From: Akkermansiaceae bacterium | Lineage (GTDB): Bacteria; Verrucomicrobiota; Verrucomicrobiia; Verrucomicrobiales; Akkermansiaceae | Direction of reading: 5' to 3' | Length of the DNA stretch: 64,000 bases | NCBI GenBank assembly: GCA_026421245.1 | Contig: JAPKDJ010000006.1 | Span: 12,128 to 76,127 of the forward strand | Part shown: piece after piece, positions 19,382-27,498 of the stretch | How the letters are laid out: each line of letters opens with the position of its first letter | Numbering within the stretch: the first letter of the stretch is position 1 | Program-made: the position numbers and the translations under genes | The notes under the pieces: generated by a model | Databases searched by the model: none | What the model was told of the DNA's origin: nothing | The model's input: the letters and a program-made list of their open reading frames with translations, nothing else

Positions 19382-20308
19382 CTATTTCACCCCCTCCTTC
19401 AGAGCCTCCTCATGCCCTCTTACCAGCTCCACAGCTGACATTCGACGGCTCCCTTCCAATTGAACCTCACCCAAAATCAAGCTCCCGTCCCCACATGCGA
19501 TCTCCAACCCCTCTGCTTCAGCTTCCATGATCTGCCCAGGAGCTCCCGAACCGGTGCCAAGGCGAACCGGAGGAAAAATCTTCAATCGCTTGTTTCCCAA
19601 AGCTGCCGATGTCCCGGGCCATGGATAATAGGCTCGAATCAAGCGTTCCATCTTCCTCGCGGAATCGGACCAGTCAAGATACCCATCCTGTCGTCCCAGT
19701 TTTGGCGCATAGCTTTGCAACGATTCCTCCTGTCCTTCGCCCGGTTCGCCACCTTTTTTGAGAAGTTCCAGAGCAGCCCGGCAAGCAGACGGTCCGGCCT
19801 TTGCCAGTCGATCATGCAATTCCCCTCCGGTCTCTCCATCGAGGATTGGGAAGGGCTGCTGTAAAATCACATTCCCGGCATCGAGCTTCTTCACCACATG
19901 AATGACACTCCAGCCCGTCTCGGCATCGCCATTTTTCAAAGCCGCCTGAATACAGGAAGCTCCGCGGTATTTGGGGAGTAACGAAGCGTGTAGGTTGATG
20001 ATGGCTCTGGATGGAATCTCGATCAGGGCTTGAGGCAAAATCTGCCCATAAGCCATGACCACAATAACTTCCGGGTTCCATTGCTGGATCCGATCAAGCG
20101 CTTCCTCCGATTTTACCGATTCCGGTTGAATCACCGGAACGCCCGCCTCAAGAGCCAACTCCTTCACTTGTGGAGCAGTCATCACTTGTTTCCGCCCCAC
20201 AGGCCGATCCGGTTGGGTGACCAGACCAATCACCTCATGATCACTTGCGAGAGCATCCGCAAATGTCGGCTCGGAGATTTCCCCCGTAACCATGAAAAGC
20301 AATCGCAT
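19382..20308 (-). CDS. fmt: Methionyl-tRNA formyltransferase
   Basis: MRLLFMVTGEISEP...GLVTQPDRPVGRKQ...INLHASLLPKYRGASCIQAAL, plus the C-terminal Fmt domain. Confidence 0.95.
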   Translation of the reverse strand: MRLLFMVTGEISEPTFADALASDHEVIGLVTQPDRPVGRKQVMTAPQVKELALEAGVPVIQPESVKSEEALDRIQQWNPEVIVVMAYGQILPQALIEIPSRAIINLHASLLPKYRGASCIQAALKNGDAETGWSVIHVVKKLDAGNVILQQPFPILDGETGGELHDRLAKAGPSACRAALELLKKGGEPGEGQEESLQSYAPKLGRQDGYLDWSDSARKMERLIRAYYPWPGTSAALGNKRLKIFPPVRLGTGSGAPGQIMEAEAEGLEIACGDGSLILGEVQLEGSRRMSAVELVRGHEEALKEGVK

Positions 20309-20310
20309 TC

Positions 20311-20979
20311 TTAAACCGTTTGATTTGCGATCCGCTGATAGGCCTCAAGTGTCTGCAACTTAGCCAAAATATCGTAGAGAACCTTTGCCGGGGACTGTGT
20401 CGCGTCGATGTCGCAACGAATCTCCTTACCGTAGTAATCCAAAATGGGTTTGGTTTCATCCTCGTAGGTCTTGATTCGATGCTGGATGACAACTTCCGAA
20501 GCATCGTCCAATCGTTGTTCCTTCAGAGCCCTCTTTCGGAGACGGCGCGCCAGCTCATCACGGTTCGGGCAACTCAGATGAAAGACCTGATGAATCTCGA
20601 CGTGATCCTCAAGCATCTTCGCTTGATCCTGATTGCGAGGGATTCCATCCAGCACCAAAATATCAATGTCCGGCTTATAGCGGTGACTCGTTACCAAATC
20701 CTTCATGTGACTTGCCCAAAGCTGAATCGTCAATTCGTCAGGCACTAGCTCACCTCGCTTGGAATACTCGACAAACTTCCGCCCGAGCTCGGTTCTGGTA
20801 TCCAATTGGCGGAAAACATCCCCGCTGGAGTAATGGTAGAAGCGCGGGATCTGGGCGAGAACGGCCCCTTGGGTTCCCTTGCCCGACCCTGGTGCGCCAA
20901 GAATCAGAATTGCCGGTTTTCTAGCTGAATCGATCGGTTCGCTCATGTCGTTGAGCGGAGTGTTAGACAGGATTGCCAA
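20311..20979 (-). CDS. Adenylate kinase-family nucleoside monophosphate kinase (short-LID type)
   Basis: P-loop ILILGAPGSGKGTQ, SSGDVFR, LVLDGIPRN. No zinc-binding LID cysteines. Only 2 nt separate it from fmt. Confidence 0.8.
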   Translation of the reverse strand: MAILSNTPLNDMSEPIDSARKPAILILGAPGSGKGTQGAVLAQIPRFYHYSSGDVFRQLDTRTELGRKFVEYSKRGELVPDELTIQLWASHMKDLVTSHRYKPDIDILVLDGIPRNQDQAKMLEDHVEIHQVFHLSCPNRDELARRLRKRALKEQRLDDASEVVIQHRIKTYEDETKPILDYYGKEIRCDIDATQSPAKVLYDILAKLQTLEAYQRIANQTV

Positions 20980-20994
20980 TCGCTCAACCCCAAA

Positions 20995-21906
20995 TCAAGT
21001 CCGTAGTTCACCATCGATGGCAATCATCACCCAGAAGACAAAAACCGGGGCTGCCACCGCCACATCAACCAACACCCGATAGGCATCAGCCTCAATTCTC
21101 CGACGAGCCTGGTTGAGGAGAAAAAGACTCGCCGCCCCGACCAAAAGCCCCACCGCAAAGGGTTTATAGAAAGCCTGTTCGTGATAGAAATCCTCGTAAA
21201 AGAAGATGGACTCTCTCTTAAGAGTGCTCATGTAGATAAACATCGCGATCCCTCCAATCAGCAAGGTTCCCATATTCAGGACCGCAGCAGCGTCTTCATC
21301 TTCCTCTCCTTCCAGCTGCCAGAAATCAATGGCAGTCATGTTGATCACACAGAATACCGCAAACAAAAGGATCTCGGAGGAAAACACCATATCGCCAAAA
21401 GGCAGAATCGGGGAATAGGCATGAACTCCCGCCGATGCTCCATAGGCAAAGGTCAGTCCAGCAACGAGATTCTTGCCAATCCCCGCGTGTCTCGATCTTG
21501 GACGGTTTAAGGTCAGCGCAAAGTAAACTCCCGAACAAAGTATCACAAAGAGGCCATACTGTAGGACCGTTTGAGCCAAACTAAATAAGACCGAATGGAT
21601 GCACCAAAGCCCGCCCAGAAAAATGCCCGCCATAAATACCTTCGCGTATTTCTTGTGGAAGCGATGTCGTGTCTCCAGATCTCCCGGATCGATCGATCGC
21701 CTTGCATCGATAATTCGATCCAGTGCGTAAACGATCCAAACCGACACCCCTAGGGTCACCCACAATTCCCATGGCAAGCTTCTCACTCCCCATGCCTTTG
21801 AGAACATCCACGCCCACGCCAAAGCCACCAGCGGAGCATCCAAGCTCAACAAGTTCGGCCATAGCCACCAGGGCGCGCGTTTTTTCTCCATGAGGTTTCT
21901 TCGCAA
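20995..21906 (-). CDS. Polytopic membrane protein, function unknown (weak UbiA-prenyltransferase-like Asp motif)
   Basis: A 303-aa ORF with about 8 hydrophobic spans. YALDRIIDARR resembles the first Asp-rich motif of UbiA-type enzymes, but I cannot confirm the family. Confidence 0.6.
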   Translation of the reverse strand: MRRNLMEKKRAPWWLWPNLLSLDAPLVALAWAWMFSKAWGVRSLPWELWVTLGVSVWIVYALDRIIDARRSIDPGDLETRHRFHKKYAKVFMAGIFLGGLWCIHSVLFSLAQTVLQYGLFVILCSGVYFALTLNRPRSRHAGIGKNLVAGLTFAYGASAGVHAYSPILPFGDMVFSSEILLFAVFCVINMTAIDFWQLEGEEDEDAAAVLNMGTLLIGGIAMFIYMSTLKRESIFFYEDFYHEQAFYKPFAVGLLVGAASLFLLNQARRRIEADAYRVLVDVAVAAPVFVFWVMIAIDGELRT

Positions 21907-21959
21907 GGAAATTCAACCCACCCCCCGCGAAAAGCAAGTCCGGCTTCCAAAGTGACGGT

Positions 21960-23852
21960 TTAATTCCGTGTTTCCTCCAGCCCGTCCACAAAGGGCGGCA
22001 CCGGACATCCAATGGCATCGGCGATCGATCGCAGCAATTCCGCCTCGCGATTCGACAAATCCCCGTCCCTTGCAGCAGCCTTCCCGCAAGAGACCAGCAA
22101 CTCTTTTTTCACCATCGGAGACGCTTGATCAAAGCGGTTCAGCACTTCGTCGAGATCGCTCAGGGAAGTTGTCCCCTGTTTCTCAAATTCTCCTATCCAC
22201 CCTTCGGTCCCAGCCTCATAGGCTGCCACTGCTTCAGCTTCATTCCCCGCCCCGATTTCAGCAATCGTGGACACCAGGAGATTTGCTTCATTCAAAAGCT
22301 TCGAAAATTTCGTATAGCGGATCTTACCAAATCCCCGTCTCTCAAAATGACTCACCAGATGACGCTCGATCACACGCTGAATCATGAACTCAAAGAGATT
22401 GACCTCCCGGTCGCTGGCTATCAACCATCGGGTGATCTCAAGAAAACGTCGATATTCCGACTCGCTCAAACCCCTCAATGTCGGCAGGGCCAGGTCGATC
22501 AGGGCAATCTTCCGCGCCGAGTGCAGGCCCCGGACTTCCTCCTGCCACTTCAATGCCAACGCCGTCGCTTCCTCACCTGCAGACTCTCTCAAAAAAGAAA
22601 TCTCACTGGAAATCAAGGCCTCATCCTTCGCCAGCAAAAGCCCAAAGATCAGAGCCTGCGATTCTCCCCGGTCGTGACTTGCTGCCTTTAACTTTGGAGC
22701 CAAGGCCCGATGGATTTTCTCACCGGTTTCCACACTTCGTCGACTCTCTGCCCCCATCTCTGCCAAAGCCCCGATCATCGCCACTCCGGGCAATGCGTCA
22801 AAGGCACCCTTCTGACTTTTCTCGCCACGCTTCGCATGGCTCTCGGCCACCGACTTCAACTGAGAGTCCGAAAATTTCCCGTCCCAACTCTGTTCAATCT
22901 TCTTGATTCTTACTTCCAGGGGAGGATGGGTCGCCAACCCGAAACTAAACATCCCTCCACTTGAGAAAAACATGTGGCTCGCCTCACTCGCTTTGGGTGA
23001 TTTAATCTTTGATCCGATCGACAGCCCCCCGATTTTCTTGAGCGCGCCCGATATCCCATCAGGATTCCTCGTGAATTGCACCGCCGAAGCATCTGCCAAA
23101 AACTCCCGCTGCCTTGAAACTGCCGCTTGAATCATCCGTCCAAAAAACACCCCGAGTGAGCCAATCACAATTAACCCAATCCCCACCAAAAACAGGGCCA
23201 GAACAATGCTTCCTCCCTCTTTATTGCTACTCCGGCGCGACGATAAACTCTGGTATCGCAAAAGCTCCACCATCCCCCGCCCTATGATCGAAAGAACGAG
23301 CAACCCAAAAACCATCCCCATCAGCCTCATATTCAGCCGCATGTCCCCGTTCAAAATATGGCTGAACTCGTGGGCGATTACCCCTGCCAATTCCTCCCGA
23401 GAAAGCCTCTGCAGACACCCGCGCGTCACCCCAATCACCGCATTCGATGGCTCGGTCCCCGCTGCAAACGCGTTGACCCCCTCCTCATTGTCCATCAAGA
23501 AGACCTTCGGAACAGGTATTCCGGAAGCGATCGCCATTTCCTCCACAATATTCAGCAACCTCTTTTCTTCAAAATCCGTCGATCCCGGCATCACCTGACG
23601 TCCACCCAGATCCTTCGCCACCACCTCTCCCCCACCATTCAACTGCATCGACTTAAATCCGCTCGATGCCAAAATAACACCGGCCGTCGCAATGGAAGCA
23701 GGGATCAAAATTCCCACTGCCTCGCCTCCTCCAACAACGAAGAAGATCAGGGCGTCCACCGCCACCACCACGCCAATCACGGCAAGAACGAACCAAAGCA
23801 CGAGCCATTTGGTCCGCTTCCTTGCTTGCTCCTGAGCTTCAAAAAAATCCAT
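21960..23852 (-). CDS. M48-family zinc metallopeptidase with a long C-terminal TerB-like helical region
   Basis: N-terminal TMs, HExxH in AHEFSHILNGD, further TMs. The C-terminal roughly 300 aa carries two TerB-like segments (IASDREVNLFEFMIQ; AARDGDLSNREAELLRSIADAIG). Confidence 0.9.
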   Translation of the reverse strand: MDFFEAQEQARKRTKWLVLWFVLAVIGVVVAVDALIFFVVGGGEAVGILIPASIATAGVILASSGFKSMQLNGGGEVVAKDLGGRQVMPGSTDFEEKRLLNIVEEMAIASGIPVPKVFLMDNEEGVNAFAAGTEPSNAVIGVTRGCLQRLSREELAGVIAHEFSHILNGDMRLNMRLMGMVFGLLVLSIIGRGMVELLRYQSLSSRRSSNKEGGSIVLALFLVGIGLIVIGSLGVFFGRMIQAAVSRQREFLADASAVQFTRNPDGISGALKKIGGLSIGSKIKSPKASEASHMFFSSGGMFSFGLATHPPLEVRIKKIEQSWDGKFSDSQLKSVAESHAKRGEKSQKGAFDALPGVAMIGALAEMGAESRRSVETGEKIHRALAPKLKAASHDRGESQALIFGLLLAKDEALISSEISFLRESAGEEATALALKWQEEVRGLHSARKIALIDLALPTLRGLSESEYRRFLEITRWLIASDREVNLFEFMIQRVIERHLVSHFERRGFGKIRYTKFSKLLNEANLLVSTIAEIGAGNEAEAVAAYEAGTEGWIGEFEKQGTTSLSDLDEVLNRFDQASPMVKKELLVSCGKAAARDGDLSNREAELLRSIADAIGCPVPPFVDGLEETRN

Positions 23853-23863
23853 TGGAATCTACT

Positions 23864-24139
23864 CTACTCATTTCGCTCCAAGCTCCACTCCTGAAACCGT
23901 TTATGACGTTCTTTCGAAGCCAGGTTCTCACCTTCGGGATGACTCCGAACAGAATCCCGACAGAGCTGATTCGGGCTCCTGGTTGATCCAATTACCATAT
24001 CGGAGTCCTCAAAGCTCCAGACGATCATTGGCACGTCTGGCTTAGTCAGAAATTGTTCATGAGCCCTCATCGCCCGCCATCCCATGACGAACCAAAGAAT
24101 GGCGGAAATGATTCCAAATGTAATGAACAACTCAGGCAC
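23864..24139 (-). CDS. Small single-TM hypothetical protein between lemA and the M48 peptidase gene
   Basis: A 91-aa ORF with an N-terminal TM (FITFGIISAILWFVMGW). It lies 30 nt after lemA and 11 nt before the M48 gene, on the same strand. Confidence 0.5.
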   Translation of the reverse strand: MPELFITFGIISAILWFVMGWRAMRAHEQFLTKPDVPMIVWSFEDSDMVIGSTRSPNQLCRDSVRSHPEGENLASKERHKRFQEWSLERNE

Positions 24140-24169
24140 GAATCAGAGAAGCTTTCGATTTGCGGACAT

Positions 24170-24796
24170 TTAGCTGAAATCGACCTTCACCGCGTCTCGC
24201 TCCGATTCATCGGATACCTCGAACATCACGGCCGGCCCAAAGTTAAACATCCCCGCGATCACACTGCTGGGGAAGGCTTCACGCTTGTTGTTATAGTGCA
24301 TCACGGCATCATTATAGCCCTGCCTGGCATAGGCCACCTTGTTCTCCGTGCTCGTCAGTTCCTCACTCAACTGCTTCATATTCTCATTCGAACGCAGATC
24401 CGGATAGGCCTCTGAAAGCGCAAACAACCTTCCCATCACCGAGCTCAATCCACTTTCGGCCTGCATCAGCTTTTCCATTCCGCCCGCATCCTGGGGGGAA
24501 ACTCCCTCACGGGCCGACTCCGCCGCATTGCGGGCCTTGATCACTGCTTCTAGGGTGTCTTTCTCATGAGCGAGGTAGGTCTTGGCGGTTTCCACCAAAT
24601 TTGGAATCAAATCGTGCCGCCTTTTCAGCTGCACATCAATCTGGGCAAAGGCATTTCGAAAACGATTCCGCAACTTCACCAGCCCGTTGTATTGGCCAAC
24701 CGTGAAAAAAAGAACCAACGCAACCAGTGCGCCAACAATGAGGAGCGGCACCAGCCAACCGGCCAGTGAAGCGAGGGTAAAAGGGATTTTAGACAT
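24170..24796 (-). CDS. lemA: LemA family protein
   Basis: N-terminal TM, then QYNGLVKLRNRFRNAFAQIDVQLKRRHDLIPNLVETAK...YPDLRSNENMKQL..EL..TENKVAYARQ.YNDAV..YN. Confidence 0.9.
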   Translation of the reverse strand: MSKIPFTLASLAGWLVPLLIVGALVALVLFFTVGQYNGLVKLRNRFRNAFAQIDVQLKRRHDLIPNLVETAKTYLAHEKDTLEAVIKARNAAESAREGVSPQDAGGMEKLMQAESGLSSVMGRLFALSEAYPDLRSNENMKQLSEELTSTENKVAYARQGYNDAVMHYNNKREAFPSSVIAGMFNFGPAVMFEVSDESERDAVKVDFS

Positions 24797-24857
24797 TTCT
24801 GGATGAATTGTGAGAGTGGCCGAAGAAATTCGCCACTACAAAATCAGCAACAAATTC

Positions 24858-25226
24858 TCATTTCAGTTTTGAAAAATCCGTGGGCGTTAAAAACTTCGAA
24901 TCCACCTTCTTTACCAACTTACCGTCCTTCACCGAATCCGTCTTCGCCGCTTTCCACTTTGGATCCGCCCCAAAAGCCTTCCAGTTTTTCTTAGCCGTTT
25001 CCCGATCCTTGTGAGTGATCAGGTAGACCAGTTTCGGACTCTTCCCCTCCGTCAGCCAATATCCGATATTCTTCATTCCATGGCTCTCCAAAATCTTTGT
25101 CGTGTGGTCTCGAAATCGAGCTAACACGCCCTCCATTTTCCCCTCGTTCGCAGTGTAAGTCCGCAATTCATAAACCTCAGCCGCGAGCGGACTGGCCATC
25201 AGAGCAAGGAAGGCAACTATCTTCAT
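24858..25226 (-). CDS. NIPSNAP-family protein with signal peptide
   Basis: MKIVAFLALMASPLAA followed by EVYELRTYTANEGKMEGVLARFRDHT...GYW. About 120 aa, the usual size of a single NIPSNAP domain. Confidence 0.8.
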   Translation of the reverse strand: MKIVAFLALMASPLAAEVYELRTYTANEGKMEGVLARFRDHTTKILESHGMKNIGYWLTEGKSPKLVYLITHKDRETAKKNWKAFGADPKWKAAKTDSVKDGKLVKKVDSKFLTPTDFSKLK

Positions 25227-25304
25227 GCCCGCTCAAACTACCCACCTCATTCATGACCGCAAGCTACTCTTGCAGTCATGGCCCCGCTGACTATGGTCCC
25301 CCCC

Positions 25305-26765
25305 ATGTTTTCAAATCTCGCTGACAGCCTCGACAAAACCTTCCGGAACCTCCGGGGTGTCGGGAAAATCTCCGAAAAGAACATCGCTGACTCCCTCCGC
25401 GACGTCCGCCTTGCTCTCCTGGAAGCCGATGTCGAACTCGGTGTCGTCAAAGACTTCATCGCCTGCGTTAAGGAAAAAGCCCACGGTGCCAACGTCCTCA
25501 AATCGATCAAACCCGGCGAGCAGATCGTCAAAATCTTCCAGGACGAACTCACCGAACTCCTCGGTGGCGACCAGGCCCCCATCAATCTCAATTCTCCGGG
25601 ATACGTCCTCCTTTGCGGTCTCAACGGTGCCGGTAAAACCACCACTGCCGCCAAGCTCGCCCTTCGCTTGAAAAAAGAAGGCCGACGCCCCCTCCTCGTC
25701 GCCCTCGACCTCTACCGCCCCGCTGCCATCGACCAACTGGCCAAGCTCGCCGAGCAGGTCGATGTCCCAGTCTTCACCCCCGAAGAAGGAGAAAAAGACC
25801 TCATCAAAGTCGCCAAACGCGCTGTCAAATGGACCAAAGATCAAGACGGCACCGTCGTCATCTTCGACACCGCCGGCCGCCAGGAACTCGACACCAACCT
25901 CCTCGACGAACTCAAGGCCCTTCACAAATTCCTCAACCCCGGTGAGACCCTCCTCGTCGCCGACTCCGCCACCGGCCAGCAGGCCGTCTCCGTCGCCCAA
26001 ACTTTCGACCGCGAAATCGGCATCACCGGCATTATCCTCACCAAACTCGATGGTGACGCCCGCGGGGGGGCCGCCCTCTCGATGCGCGCCGTCACTGGCA
26101 AGCCCATCAAATATATTGGCGAAGGAGAGAAGATGGAAAACCTCGCCGAATTCCATCCCAATCGCATGGCCGACCGCATCCTCGGCATGGGCGACGTCGT
26201 CTCAATGGTTGAGCAGGTCGCCGACAAGATCGACGAAAAGAAAGCCATGTCCGCCGCCAAGCGGATGCAATCCGGCAAGTTCGACTTTAACGACTTCCTC
26301 GATCAGATGAAAATGATCCAGAGCCTCGGCCCGCTCGATGGGATCCTCGGCATGCTCCCCGGCTTCCGTCAGATCAAAAAACAACTTCCCACCGGTGCCC
26401 TCGACGATGGACGAATCAAACAAATGGAAGCCATCGTCCTCTCCATGACCAAGCGGGAACGCACCCGCCCCATCCTCATTAAAGCGACTCACCGCAAGCG
26501 TATTTCCAGAGGCTCCGGAACCACCATCCTGCAGGTCAACCAGCTCTTGAAACAGTTCGGCCAAATGCAGAAAATGATGAAGTCCAAAGGCAAAATGAAG
26601 GACATGATGAAGCAACTTGGCGGCATGGGCGGCGGAGATGGCGGAGGCATGGGTGGGCTCGGCGGCATGATGGGAGGCATGGGCGGAGGCAAAGGCGGTA
26701 TGCCCGACATGAATGACATGGGCGGCCTCGAAGACCTCCTCGGCGGCGGTAAAAAGAAACGCTAA
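25305..26765 (+). CDS. ffh: Signal recognition particle protein Ffh
   Basis: MFSNLADSLDKTFRNLRG..., G-domain motifs GLNGAGKTTTAAKLA, DTAGRQ and LTKLDGDARGGAALS, an M-domain, and a Gly/Met-rich tail. Start set at the ATG at 25305. Confidence 0.95.
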   Translation: MFSNLADSLDKTFRNLRGVGKISEKNIADSLRDVRLALLEADVELGVVKDFIACVKEKAHGANVLKSIKPGEQIVKIFQDELTELLGGDQAPINLNSPGYVLLCGLNGAGKTTTAAKLALRLKKEGRRPLLVALDLYRPAAIDQLAKLAEQVDVPVFTPEEGEKDLIKVAKRAVKWTKDQDGTVVIFDTAGRQELDTNLLDELKALHKFLNPGETLLVADSATGQQAVSVAQTFDREIGITGIILTKLDGDARGGAALSMRAVTGKPIKYIGEGEKMENLAEFHPNRMADRILGMGDVVSMVEQVADKIDEKKAMSAAKRMQSGKFDFNDFLDQMKMIQSLGPLDGILGMLPGFRQIKKQLPTGALDDGRIKQMEAIVLSMTKRERTRPILIKATHRKRISRGSGTTILQVNQLLKQFGQMQKMMKSKGKMKDMMKQLGGMGGGDGGGMGGLGGMMGGMGGGKGGMPDMNDMGGLEDLLGGGKKKR

Positions 26766-27086
26766 TCCAAAAGGAAGGCCGTTCTCCAGAGCGTCCCGCT
26801 CAACCAAATTACGGAGCTTAGATTTTAATCTGCGTTCTCAACCACGTCCCCTCAACACCCTCCTGAGAAAAACGGCTCGTCCCCTTAAACGACGACCTCT
26901 CTCGCCAAGCCCGCATAACTGCAGCCGAAGCAGACACCGCCCTCTATTCCGAAGACCTTAACCACTCCCAAAACTACGGAGACGTGACTGTCATCACCCC
27001 CTTCTCACCCTAGTTCACTTCTTCATTCCAAATAATTCCTTCTCATTCCCGCTTACCCCATCCACACTCCTGCAAAACCTTACGCC

Positions 27087-27392
27087 ATGGAAAAGATCAC
27101 CGCTCAAATCAAGAACTTCATCCAATACATCGCCCTCCAATTTATCAGCGATCCTAAGCTCGCCGAGCTCCGCATCGGCAACTCGGCTGAGAACAAGGTG
27201 AATTTTCGTCTCGTCCTCAGCCAACCGGATGTCGCCACCCTGATTGGACGTCAGGGGTTCACAGCCTCCACCATCCGCAGCCTTGTCAAAGCCGCCGCCG
27301 AGCGCGAAGGCGTCCAGGTCAACCTCCGCATCCACTCGCACGAGGAAGAGCGACAGTACACCGCTGCCATCGAAGCCAAGGCAATGGAATAG
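27087..27392 (+). CDS. KH-domain RNA-binding protein (YlqC/UPF0109-like)
   Basis: KH core LIGRQGFTASTIRSLVKAAA. This gene class normally sits in the ffh-rpsP-ylqC-rimM-trmD cluster. Confidence 0.85.
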   Translation: MEKITAQIKNFIQYIALQFISDPKLAELRIGNSAENKVNFRLVLSQPDVATLIGRQGFTASTIRSLVKAAAEREGVQVNLRIHSHEEERQYTAAIEAKAME

Positions 27393-27415
27393 CATTCCTT
27401 GCTCACATATTTTTC

Positions 27416-27453
27416 AAACCCGCAAAGACTTCTGCCTTAGCGGGTTTTTTGTT
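27416..27453 (+). terminator. Rho-independent terminator after the KH-domain gene
   Basis: AAACCCGC-N16-GCGGGTTTTTTGTT. Confidence 0.8.
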
Positions 27454-27498
27454 CTAAGAACTTGGATCTAAGAGACGTTCCGTCATCCCACTTTTGCA

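Noticed and set aside
26713-26961. 82-aa very basic ORF starting inside the ffh 3' end, considered as a possible divergent S16 or small ribosomal-like protein.
   Set aside because: It has no resemblance to the S16 N-terminal consensus (…RL.R.G.K..P.YRIV…). It overlaps ffh by 53 nt and has a low-complexity Arg/Pro/Ser composition. It is mentioned only in the rpsP-gap finding.
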